From: Eledone cirrhosa
Lineage: Eukaryota
Direction of reading: 5' to 3'
Assembly (NCBI GenBank): GCA_964016885.1
Contig: OZ024745.1
Span: 52,824,001-52,888,000 of the forward strand
DNA: 64,000 nt
Position numbers and translations under genes: made by a program. Below are positions 1-12,335 of this stretch, in pieces. The notes beneath the pieces were generated by a model that saw only the letters and a list, made by a program, of their open reading frames with translations, searched no databases and had not been told where the DNA came from. The first letter of the stretch is position 1; every line of letters begins with the position of its first letter.

Positions 1-325
1 ATTTAGATATACTTACGCTGTTTATATTTATCTCTTCATGCACTCTATTTTCACTATCAATATATATAATCGTTTTTTCTTTCCTCTTCTATCTTCTCCT
101 TTCTTTTTTTCTTTTTTCTTTTTTTCTATTTTTTTCTTCTTCCAACAGTTTAATTTAAATAAACCGTTATCTTTTCAACCTTCCGGACACTTATTTGCAT
201 ATTCACTCATAATTTTGTATCACCCTTAATACATGTATTATCTCCACTATCCAGGAAGCTCCAACAGTTAAGTTAGTGTTTTTTTCCGGGTATGTCAATA
301 TTTATTTATAAAACAAATCTGTATT

Positions 326-383
326 TTATCTGATGAAAGAGCACCATAATTTGCCTTGGTTGCCCTTGAAATATGTATAATAA
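326..383 (+). ncRNA. Minimal type I hammerhead ribozyme in a PLE pLTR-like 3' end
   Basis: Stem I TTAT/ATAA, extended by TTTATAAAAC/GTTTTATAAA. Core CTGATGA (330-336), stem II AAGAGCA-CCA...TGG-T-TGCCCTT, GAAA (368-371), near-palindromic stem III ATATGTAT, predicted AUA cleavage triplet. The sequence runs into (TA)n at ~430. Confidence 0.7.
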
Positions 384-425
384 CATAAATATGGTTTTAT
401 AAATATAGTTTCCATTTATTAATAT

Positions 426-429
<4 letters not shown>

Positions 430-507
<78 letters not shown>

Positions 508-600
508 CACATACACATAAATACACAAACACATAGATACATATATATATATATATATACACACATACATACATATACACATATATATATATATATATAT
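430..600. repeat. (TA)n/(CA)n microsatellite
   Basis: Direct reading; source of the YI/CV ORFs at 306-642. Confidence 0.97.
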
Positions 601-709
601 ATCGGCGTTATCTTATGGCCAAAACAGCACGACGTGCTGTGACTAGCGGCGACGATTGCCGCCGACAGACTGGTCTGTCAAGGTGAACATACATACGCAG
701 ACATATATA

Positions 710-760
<51 letters not shown>

Positions 761-766
<6 letters not shown>

Positions 767-999
767 TAAAATAACAGATTAAAGTTTAAGCAAAGAATCG
801 CTGCTTTCACCCTTAACGGGATCTTCTGTTACTAACAAAGTCAATCTGTAAACGCAGAAGTGGATATTTCAAAAAACGTTGCTTAAACTTTAATCTGTTA
901 TTTTAATAAATATTTGCTCTACGGTTCTTATACATTTGATATATATTTATCCTTATCGAGCCGTCTTTGGATTTTAGTCTTCAAATTTATTATTATTAC

Positions 1000-1000
<1 letters not shown>
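761..1000. mobile_element. Inverted PLE pLTR fragment pair, same family as 61518-61730
   Basis: ATTTATTAAAATAACAGATTAAAGTTTAAGCAA (~761-793) is inverted at ~879-911. The minus strand of 761-881 and the plus strand of 879-1000 both match 61518-61730. Degenerate HHR-like CAGAAGA..TCCCGTTAAGGGT..GAAA on the minus strand. (TA)n on both sides. Confidence 0.75.
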
Positions 1001-1033
<33 letters not shown>

Positions 1034-1187
1034 CACACACACACATATAATTATAAGAATAAATAAAAATCAATAAACAAACAAAATACATATACATGAA
1101 GTCAAAGAAAAGTCAAATATAAAAAATTAAAAATAAGGGAATAAAAAAATGATTAAGTTGACAGCGATGCGAAAGAGGAGAAAGGCG

Positions 1188-1218
<31 letters not shown>

Positions 1219-1222
<4 letters not shown>

Positions 1223-1400
1223 GTTTCTACTTTTGGCACTAGGCCATCAATTACCCAGTGCAGTACTGGTACTTTATTTTATCGACCCCGTAAGGATGAA
1301 AGGCAAAGTTAACCTCGGCGGGATTTGAACTCAGGTCATACAGGGAGGTAACTCTATGATTCAAAGCATGGCGTCCGACCCTCTACCGATATTGCCAATC
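1219..1400 (-). mobile_element. tRNA-derived SINE (Meta-domain type)
   Basis: Reverse complement has the B-box GAGTTCAAATCCCGCCGAGG and the central CTTTGCCTTTCATCCTTACGGGGTCGATAAAATAAAGTACCAG shared by about ten copies in the window. Confidence 0.85.
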
Positions 1401-1453
1401 CTAGGCAAACAGAGGACTCGACCAAATAGTGCAAGAGAGCACGGCAGGTGGAG

Positions 1454-1454
<1 letters not shown>

Positions 1455-1539
<85 letters not shown>

Positions 1540-1630
1540 GTGTGTGTGTGTGTGTGTGCGTGTGTGTGTGTGTGTGCGTGTGTGTGTGTGTGTTTATCTG
1601 TGTGTCTGTGTGTGTGTCTGTGTGCGCGCG
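1455..1630. repeat. (GT)n microsatellite
   Basis: Direct reading. Confidence 0.97.
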
Positions 1631-2178
1631 AGTTTCTGTGTGTTCAGGCTAATCGGTAGAATAGTCTCTAGCAATTCGATACATGCAAGACTGGCTTCCT
1701 ATGGGACATCCTGGTCATGTTCTCTCCTAGATAACTAATTGCAAATGTCTTATATCATTTATTCATATATTTATATATTTTATTCGAAGCTAATGCTTCC
1801 CTACGTCGTTGATCTGATGTATGTGATTAACGTTTCAGCGATATCGATAAATTATTTGGTAGACTTAGGGCGCCACCGTCCATATTTTCCAATATTTATT
1901 TGCTTATTTCAAATCCCTATGACGATAATGTTTCATTTAAATCAAACAATTGTATTTGAATAATTAGCAGCAGCATTTATATATTACAATGATTAACATT
2001 GCCAAAATTGATTAAAACTTCGAAATTTGACTGATTGCTTTCAAGGCTTTTCAGATTTGATGACGTAGAGTAAATTATTACCTTGAAGTGTAGAAAATAA
2101 AATTTAATTTAGTTTTCTTTTGGGAATCGACCTCCCTCCCTCCAACCGTTTATAAATATATATAGGAAAATGTTCAAG

Positions 2179-2272
2179 ACCCCGACGACACATCTCAAGC
2201 CGTTTCGACGGCTATTTCTGGACTAAATTAGATTTTTAGCGTGGTAATAAATAGCCGAACTTTTCAAGGGGT
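2179..2272 (-). ncRNA. Type I hammerhead ribozyme, U3-A8 core variant
   Basis: Minus strand: ACCCC, TTGAAAA, G-TT-CGGCTATTT...AAATAGCCG-TC, GAA, ACGGC...GTCGT, C^GGGGT. Stem I 5 bp, stem II 9 bp plus a G-C closing pair, stem III 5 bp, GUC cleavage triplet. Same family as the palindromes at 28.7 and 39.8 kb. Confidence 0.8.
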
Positions 2273-2567
2273 AATTCCATATATGGGAAGATTGTAGTTG
2301 TCAAAAGGATTGGTCAAAATTTGATGTGAACACAATTGAATCTTTCATGGCGGTGGGTGGTGGCTGAACTTGCCTGTAGAACAATGAAGGAGTGGGTGGA
2401 GCCGGTCAAGCGTTGAAAGTGAATTCTATACAGCAAATTCCAAGGAGTGTGTATGAAATTAGGCTAGCTAGAAAGCAGGCGAAAAAAGAATTCTGTGAGT
2501 GGGAAGTTATAAAATTTAAAAAAAGTTCATAAATTGAAATAAAAAAATAAAAAAATGACATATAAAA

Positions 2568-2778
2568 ATAATTGTTTCTTATATAGGCACAAGGCCAGCA
2601 ATTTTAGGGGAGGGGATTAAATCGACGCCAGTGCGTGGCTGGTACTTTATTAACTCCGTAAGGATGAAAGGCAAAGTTAACCTCGGCAGGATTTGAACTC
2701 AGATCATAAAGGGCCGTAACTCTATGCTGCAAAGCATGGCGTCCGGCCGTCTACCGATATTGCCATTCCAACGCCCTT
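2568..2778 (-). mobile_element. tRNA-derived SINE
   Basis: AAGGATGAAAGGCAAAGTTAACCTCGGCAGGATTTGAACTC matches the SINE family. Confidence 0.85.
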
Positions 2779-3267
2779 GATAAATAAAAATAATATAAAA
2801 AAATTAAATAAAAAGAATAATTAAAAAAATAAAACTAGAGTCTAAAACAACTGCTATATTTTTAGCTGGTATTGCGTTTTCGGCCAATAATATATAGAAT
2901 TTACTGGGGTGGGGTACTGAGGCAACAAAATCCAGATGGGTTGCCTCAGAGCAGGCGAAAGAGGAAAAAAGGAAAAGGAAGAGGAGAGGGAGTGGAAGGA
3001 AGTGAGAAGAAGAGATAAGGCCATCTACCTCTGTATGCTGGGGTTTTCCCTATCTTGTTCGGGAAGGGGCAAAAAGAATTATGTTGCGGCCATTGTCTAC
3101 CCACCCGGGTCATGAGGGTGAGTAAACAAAAAAGAGGAACTTGTAACCGCATGTAAACGTCGATCGCCCTCAAACCCCCTCATGATACGGGTTGCTTCAC
3201 CCTTCGTGTATGTTTACAGTTTTTTCTCTCTTTCTCCCCTTTTTTTATCCCAATATCTTATTTTATC

Positions 3268-3326
3268 TACGTATGGATTCACCGAACATTTATTATAATG
3301 CTCGTATATATATATGTGTGTGCATG

Positions 3327-3383
<57 letters not shown>

Positions 3384-3915
3384 TACTGTACGTAAGTATA
3401 CATATATGTATGTACGTATACATACTTATATTTAAGTAACAGCCGTACTAAGTGTCGGCAATGAAATTTCGTTTCATTTTTCCGGTTTATCGTTTTCGAT
3501 GCACCCGGCCGATTAACCCACTCGATATGCAAATTAGGCTACTCAGCCGTTAATATACATAAGGAAAGTATATACTTTCAGACGTTGCATCGTCTGGCAG
3601 GAGGTATATGTTGCTGACGTTAGCTAATAAGCTTGAAACTAGTACAGCGTTCCTTTGTCAGTGTTGAACAAACGAGCAACGATGGTTGCAAGACACTACG
3701 GCTTAATACCGGATGTTTGTTTACAAACACACCGTCCATTATAATAAATGTTCGGTGAATCCATACGTACATATATATATATGTGTGTGCATGTATTTAT
3801 ATATATATACATACTACTGTTAATGTGTATACATATATGTATGTACGTATACATACTTATATTTAAGTAACAGCCGTACTAAGAGTGGGAAATGAAATTT
3901 TGTTTCATTTTTTCC

Positions 3916-3921
<6 letters not shown>
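3268..3921. repeat. 33-bp perfect inverted repeat combined with a ~150-185-bp direct duplication
   Basis: TACGTATGGATTCACCGAACATTTATTATAATG at 3268-3300 is inverted at 3737-3769; 3305-3489 resembles 3771-3921. Confidence 0.85.
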
Positions 3922-3991
<70 letters not shown>

Positions 3992-5934
3992 TTGTGGGTG
4001 TGCGTCTATATATGTATGTGTGTCTATATATGAATAAACTAAGATTTAGATTTAGTAGAATGTATTACTCGTTCCAGCTATTTGCACTATCTTATATTTT
4101 GGTTTCTAGTAATTCCCTGGGGAATTGGTTGACCAAATGTTTGGTTAGTTGTTTTATTTATTTGTTTAAAATATATTCTTTCGTTTAGACTTCAGGTATT
4201 TTTGAAAGCTAGAAATTGGCCCGTAAAATATTACTGTGGTTTCCTGCAACGCTACTTTGGGCTATTGCAATGATATTGTGGTCCCACTGGGCCCCACCTG
4301 CCACTGGGCTACCTGGAAATCTTGCCAGTCTACTAATGTATATATATATATTATTTATTTTTTAAAAGAATTAAATTAAATTAATTCAACAGTTAAACAC
4401 ACATAGGAATAATAAGATTGTTACCAAAGAGCCAGAACATTGACAAGTCGCCCATAAATATGACAAATAACACTAAGGAAAGCCATGAATGACACCACAA
4501 CTTTTCAACATTGATTTTGAAATTAGGTTTATAATTATTAATTTTCATCATACTTTCGTAGCTGTCAAAGCGACCTAGTTGGAGGAAGCATAGTCTGTGG
4601 TGATCCAGGTCTGGAGTTCGATCCTGGTCGTGAGTAAGGTTCCCGGTAAACCTTTTCAGTTTTTTTTCTATGGTATGTAAAATAATCTTCTAAAAGCACA
4701 TACACGCCAAGTGTTTCAGTCAAATTGGGTAACGGCTTAATCTGTAACAATCTTGTAAACCACAGTCGGGTTTGAACTCAATATTTTCGTATGCCGTATT
4801 ATATTGTGTGTCAAATATCATTAGGTCCCTTACTTTTATTGTTCTTGTTTCGGCAAACTAGATTACGATACAAACACTAGTATAGATTTAAGATGTTATA
4901 CTCTGACACAAGGCATAACTGATGTTTTGACATAGTTCATAGGCGGTTAATTAGCAGAATCGGTAGGACATTAATGAAAATGCATTGTATTATTTCTACA
5001 TGTATATTTTCTTTCTAACACGCATTGGCCAAATTTGAATATATTTATTTGGGATCAATAAAAATAAATAGCATTTACATACTTATGTGGGAAAGAAAAG
5101 ATTTCTTTGCGTATACTCTCACAGAAAATAATTGTTCCTATGCTAAATTTAAAAATTATCGTCTGTTGGCATAAGAGAAGCTTATAATTTATGTTCGAGT
5201 TACGGCTAGCAACGAGGTCAAATTTCAATTCTATAATCCGGCGTTCTGTAAAAAAGAACATTCAGCTACTTGGATGAACCTAAATCAAATCAGCCCTCGT
5301 CCGAAATAAGCGACATGGACACTACATCAGAAGCAATATGTCTCTTCTTTTCAAAGGAGATTATAAAATAAGTACTAGTCAGCTACTGATGTCAATTTAA
5401 AGGATTTTACATATTAATCAAAACGGCTGTGATATCAAAGATAGAGTTAAGTAACGATATATCGCCACTAAGGTAATAGTTACAATCGGACACCTATTCA
5501 CTGTCACCTCTGCAACACGAACTGGGATGCTATTAGGAGACAAAATGTTACTAAACAACAGATAATATCTTGTTAAACATAAACTGATATAAAGATATAT
5601 ACGTGTAGAACGACATCATACGGGATGATAAGCACGCTAAACGAACACAGCAACAATTCCAACCAAGGATATGTTAGAGAGAGTGTACAATACAAATACG
5701 CATCTGTATATATATATATTTTCCAATAGGTTGTTACAACGATGTTTATTTTAATAAATGGCTCTTTAGTATGATGTAATATATGTCTTACTTTATGATA
5801 TTATTGCCATTATGTAAGTATTCCATGCCGAAGCTTTATCTTGCAGCTTCATTTAAACGCAATCTCTGTTGATGAATATAGTCGCAGTTAATACACGAAC
5901 ACAAACAAACATAAACACAAACACACACAATCAA

Positions 5935-6600
<666 letters not shown>

Positions 6601-6869
6601 GTGTATAATGTATGTATTAGCTTATGATATCTGCATATATTCATATTTATAAGTACAAGCACACTTCCTTCTTATATACTACCTTGCATAAACGTTTCTC
6701 TTATGAAAGAATTATATTTATGAAATGAAATTTCAATGAAGTCTCAAAGGGTCACATTGGAATTCATATATTTATGAGAATCGATTCAATGGAGAAATAT
6801 AACATATATATGGTGCGTTTCTTTGTAGAACTACATAAAACTATGTATCAGAATATATTTATTAGTATT

Positions 6870-7262
<393 letters not shown>

Positions 7263-7574
7263 TATATTCTCCTTCTTGATCAATCTCTTATGCCTTATTA
7301 TATATTTATGTATACACGCATAAATTAATGGATAATTATGTAAATTTATAAGTAAAAATGTGTGTCGATACACAGATACACATATAAATACATATATACA
7401 TAGATATACATACACACTCACATCTGGAGATGTAAAAACATTGATGTAGTCCCCGGCCACATATGTATGTGTTTGTGTGTGCGTGGGTCTATGTGTTTAT
7501 GTTTGTGTGCGATGTATTGGTAATAAGCATATATAAATATATTATTATATATAAATGCAAATGTATATCTATAT

Positions 7575-7615
<41 letters not shown>

Positions 7616-7625
7616 GGTGTGTGTG

Positions 7626-7658
<33 letters not shown>

Positions 7659-7661
7659 GTA

Positions 7662-7815
7662 GTCAATACTCATCTTTTTCCATTTATCTGAGGGTTCTAA
7701 ACCCCATTATCAGGCTAACATTTCTTTAGTCAAGAATACGGTAAAAGCTATTCTATTTAGTAATATTTAGTAATTTCAAACCTGCTCACTATTTCAAAAC
7801 ACACTTACTTGTCAT
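7662..7815 (+). repeat. Dispersed ~150-bp repeat with a second copy at ~22000-22145; possible pLTR tail
   Basis: TCAATACTCATCTTTTTCCATTTATCTGAGGGTTCTAAACCCC...CAAAAC(A/T)ACTTACT occurs in both places, and both end in (TA)n. The 22-kb copy has CGGTGAAAGCTATTC, resembling the 3' half of a minimal HHR. Confidence 0.7.
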
Positions 7816-7999
7816 ATATATATATATATATTATATATACACACACGCACACACAGACACATATATATAAATATATATATATATATATATTCACATAGAG
7901 ATGTAGGGAGAGAGTGTGAGGTAGAGAGAAACGAGAGAGCGGGAAAGAGATAAATAGATAGATAGTTTCAAAATTCCATACACAAACGCATACGTACAT

Positions 8000-8022
8000 A
8001 TATAGATAGATAGATAGAAAGA

Positions 8023-8072
<50 letters not shown>

Positions 8073-8123
8073 GAGAGAGGGAGAGAGAGAGAGAGAGGGG
8101 GAGAGAGAGTGTGTGTGTGTGTG
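8000..8123. repeat. (GA)n/(GT)n microsatellite
   Basis: Direct reading. Confidence 0.95.
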
Positions 8124-8963
8124 CCAACTACATACCAATATATAAATGTTTTTTATATAATTAAACGTGTAGAAATACCAATGGTATGAATCATTTATAG
8201 ATATATTAATATAAACAGAAGCAGACTCGATATGATATATGTGAACTGATATATGTTCATAACAGGAAAATAATACTCACAAATACACCGATATTTTCGA
8301 TATCACACAACCAGGAACATACCATCAATACACACACAGGCATCCACACACTAACACATGTGGTGAAGTAACCTATCAGCTAATTCATACCAAATATATT
8401 GTCGGTTTCATGTATTTAGACGAGTATGTTAATGAAACCGTATAAACTACTACAAGGAAATAGATGATATATTTACCTTCTATTGAAAACCCAGCTTGAC
8501 AAAAGGACCAGCTAAGAGTGGCTATTAATGTTGTTCTCCATTTTACAGGGAAATTCTCATATTTGGTATGTTTGTATATCTATGTAATAAATATGTGTTC
8601 AATATAGTAAAGGAGTTATGCATTTTCAGCTGCTTTTCTTCATGATGTGTACAGGTTTAATTTATCATATATTGCGAGTGTCTAAAGCATAGATTATATC
8701 TTCTACTTCTTCTTACAGATTTGCCATTATGTTCTGATAATGTCAGATATCGTTGATTCGAGATTTGTTAATATTTCGTCAGTGACGATCTTCCAACACA
8801 CACTGGCATAAAAGAGACTATAGTCTATAGAGAGATTTGTTCGATGTCCAATTGTTGTTCATGCTCTTTTGCGAATAACAAATAGAAAGTTTCGACTGGA
8901 AATCGTCAAATATATATTGTGCGAGCCAGGCTGGTCATATTTCATTGAAGGTTGCTCTAACAC

Positions 8964-9049
8964 AGCTTTTAAGCACACGTGTAGGTGAAAACACACATAT
9001 ATATATATATATATATATGTGTTTTCACCTACACGTGTGCTTAAAAGCT
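8964..9049. repeat. Palindrome centred on (TA)n
   Basis: AGCTTTTAAGCACACGTGTAGGTGAAAACAC-(AT)n-GTGTTTTCACCTACACGTGTGCTTAAAAGCT. Confidence 0.95.
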
Positions 9050-9181
9050 ATTAAGTTGTGCGTGTTGGACTGTTATTTCTGTTCAATACGCGCTTACCAC
9101 GTTTGACTGGCGGCGCACGAGGTGATAAATTCATCTTTCTGTGTGAACGTTGGCAAATAGTGTTTGTGACATTTAATTGCA

Positions 9182-9263
9182 ATCTCTCGCTGATGAAGGC
9201 CAGGATTATCTGTTACAAACACACTCAGGGCGAAACAGATTAGGGATAATCTGTCCGAGAGAT
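9182..9263 (+). ncRNA. Complete type I hammerhead ribozyme in a non-coding ~430-bp element (9050-9482)
   Basis: Stem I ATCTCTCG/CGAGAGAT (8 bp), CTGATGA 9190-9196, stem II GCC/GGC with a large loop, GAAA 9232-9235, stem III CAGATTA-GGGA-TAATCTG (7 bp), GTC cleavage triplet ending at 9255. Confidence 0.9.
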
Positions 9264-9479
9264 ATAATGGTTATTGAGGCGGTTTGTATTATGATAATAT
9301 ATTTTTATTTTCATTTTGTCATCCTGTCTGTTTCTTGGTTAAATATTTCAAGCATATGTGGTTTTTCAACCCTTGTAATTTTAGACACACGGTTTACTGT
9401 GTTTCTTACTATATATTGTTAATCGGCTCAGTATTTATTTGTACTTTATACTTAGAGCTTAATGGTTACAGGGTTCTAA

Positions 9480-9566
<87 letters not shown>

Positions 9567-9703
9567 GTGAGGTTTTTTTTTACAAAATGAAAAATAACCG
9601 AGGTATCCTACACGAGTGAAATGAAAGTATAAAGAAAAAAAGATGAAATCGAAAATGCAACTGGAGTCTTATTTTTTTTAAAGTATATATATTTATTTGG
9701 TTC

Positions 9704-9739
9704 CTTTACCGGTTTCGCAGTTCTTCTACTTTTCAAAAG
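9704..9739 (-). ncRNA. Minimal hammerhead, U3-A8 variant, within a pLTR-like repeat (9560-9760)
   Basis: Minus strand: CTT-TTGAAAA-GTAG-AAGAA-CTGC-GAA-ACCGGT-A^AAG, with palindromic stem III ACCGGT. Homologous to 56545-56710. Confidence 0.7.
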
Positions 9740-11077
9740 TAGAGTTGAGATGGAGGGTCTATATATATATATATGGGTAGCCTCGCTGCCGAAAGAAAAT
9801 GTTTTTTGTCTCTACAACAAATTACACATGTCAATATTTCTTAAGTCATAACATTTCATATAACATAAATATATTTTTATAAAGAAAGTTATGTCCAACA
9901 GCTCTAAGTAAAATACTATAAGACTATTGAAACCTCATTGCGAATCTGTAGAATGTTCCTGTGGATATTATTGCAGTTTTCTAATAATCATGTGAACTCT
10001 GATTATGCTTAATGTTTTCTACGTTGTTCGATGTAATTTTATCAATATTTGTCTGCTGAAATAGCTACACTAATGCTACTATTGTGCACCATTACTCCTT
10101 CACTTCTTCTTAGCTCAATGTAATTCGTATATTCTGTGTTAATGCATCTCAATGTACATTATCTAATTATTTTTTTATGGTCCTTTTAGATAGTGGAATG
10201 TTATTGGAAGCGGGCTCTTTTGTTATTTCTCATAAGTGTTCCATTATTTAGAGCCTCCTAAGACTTGTTCTAATAGATTTTTGACGGCGTGATAATCCAT
10301 ATACTTCTTCATTGTTTTGAAGAAAGTACTTGCAAAAATATCAGGAATAATTGTCGAAGAAGAACATAAGCAACAGGATGGAAATAATGTTATACGTTGA
10401 GGAAGAGAAACGGGAAGAATATGAGACAACAGATCTATGGAAAATATTACGATATAAATTTACTTATTCAGAATTTAAGGTATATTAAAATTGTTGACAT
10501 TCATGACGAAATACAGAGATTCCTTGAAATGAAGTTGCGTTGGCATTTTCACAAAGTAATACGAGGTAAATCATGATAAAATTAACGATTTTCTAAGAAG
10601 ATTACTTATCCTAAACTATAATTGATTATCAGTTACAAAATGATGTCTTCGAAAGTATAAATTAAAGTAACATTTCGCCGAAGGATAATACATGGAGGTA
10701 GCAACCAGCAATTTACTGTATATAACCTCAGACATTATTGAACAAATTTGTAATAAATGGATTCTTTGGCGGACTACGGTAAAGGTATCGGAGAATTTTG
10801 AATCATATTTGACGTTGATCAATATGACATTTTTAAATCGGTGTTACGTGTGTACACATCGTTGGACAGTTTCTGTACATATCATTTGTACTACGAGAAG
10901 ATGTTGCTGCATTATCACATAATCCTACTTTAGAGAAAAAAGAACATAATTACTTTGGACCAAGGCCAGCTCCAGACTCTCTGGCACCCTAGGAAGGTTG
11001 ATATCAATTTCAAAGTTTATAAACGACTAAACCATCTGTCACCGGTTGGGTACGAGTAATCTAGTAATATATATATA

Positions 11078-12168
11078 CAGGGTGCAGACGGTATTTGAGG
11101 ACAGATTTATGGTTTTAATAAAACGATTATATAATAACAGAAAAAAACTGTATTCTTATGAAAATAACATAAACATGAAGCTAAATTATCTATTTAATAA
11201 TTTCATTCAATTAAACTACCATAAGCATCAATAACTGCCTCTAGGCGGGTTCGAAATGGTTTACAAGCTAGGATTAAGTGGTCCTTGTTCATATGAAAAT
11301 AGTCGGCCATCCATTCTTGTGTCAATTGAGACTTGTGTGATGGGGCAGAATCTGGTTGAAAGACATAAGGCCTTCCATCGCATATACTGTTTAACCAAGG
11401 CTTAACAACGTTATCAAGAATCTCAATATATGCAGCAGCATTCACCCTTGTGGAAAAAAGTGAGGAGGAATCACATGTTCTTCATTGCTAACAATACCCA
11501 AAACCATGACACTGCAGGAAATGTTGTGTGCATTACTCTTGGAACATCAGAAGGGTCTGCACATAGCCACCTGTCATTTCTTCTGTTAGTTTTCTGGTCC
11601 TGGTCAAAGTTTTTCTCATCTGTGAAAAACCTAATCACACCATCTTCTGATGGATTTTTAAGTTTGTCCAAAAGTCTTTTGGATCTGATTAAACGCTTTG
11701 CTTTTGTTTTTTCTGACATGTATCGACCTCTCCTCATCACGTAAGATTTGTATCTGATGTCTTCATCCACAACATTTCCGATTGTTTTTCTGATACACCA
11801 AAATGTTTTGCAATTAACCACATTGATTTTCCTTGATTGTCATCAATGTTTTGCTTAACCTCCTGAATAAATTGAGGTGTCCTGATAGAATCAGAGCATT
11901 TGCAATGTTTTACATTTTGATACAGGTGATACGCTTCCAACTTCTTTCTCTAACTAATACCAAATCTTGTGGACAAAGGATCTTGCAACTTTCAGAAAAT
12001 GAGAAATTTCTAAATCAGCATGCTTAGCCTTCAAAGCCACAATCACAGCAGGCCTTTTCATTTCATTAGTAAGCATAGTTATTTTCATTCTTATTTTCTG
12101 AAATCGAAATTAGTCAAATAAAATTATGACTAAAAATACATGTGTCCCCAAATACCGTACGCACCCTC
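11078..12168 (-). mobile_element. Decayed Tc1/mariner-superfamily DNA transposon (maT/DD37D-like)
   Basis: Imperfect TIRs CAGGGTGCAGACGGTATTTGAGGACA / TGTCCCCAAATACCGTACGCACCCTC, TA-flanked. Frameshifted transposase fragments FTDEKNF...NRRNDR and YVFQPDSAPSHKS; the third-Asp region appears deleted. Confidence 0.9.
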
Positions 12169-12214
12169 TATATATACTGTGGGTTATAATATATAGAAAG
12201 AGTGGTATTATAAT

Positions 12215-12335
12215 ATTCTGAGGTCAAATCCCGCCGAGGTTAACTTTGCCTTTCATCCTTACGGGGCCGATAAAATAAAGTACCAGTAATGCACTGGGTA
12301 ATTGCTGGCTTTGTGCCTAAAAGTAGAAACAATTA
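12215..12335 (+). mobile_element. 5'-truncated tRNA-derived SINE
   Basis: GGTCAAATCCCGCCGAGGTTAACTTTGCCTTTCATCCTTACGGGG...GTAGAAACAATT. Confidence 0.85.

Noticed and set aside
9790-10930. Complex AT-rich stretch resembling a decayed transposase
   Set aside because: No diagnostic motif could be recovered by eye.
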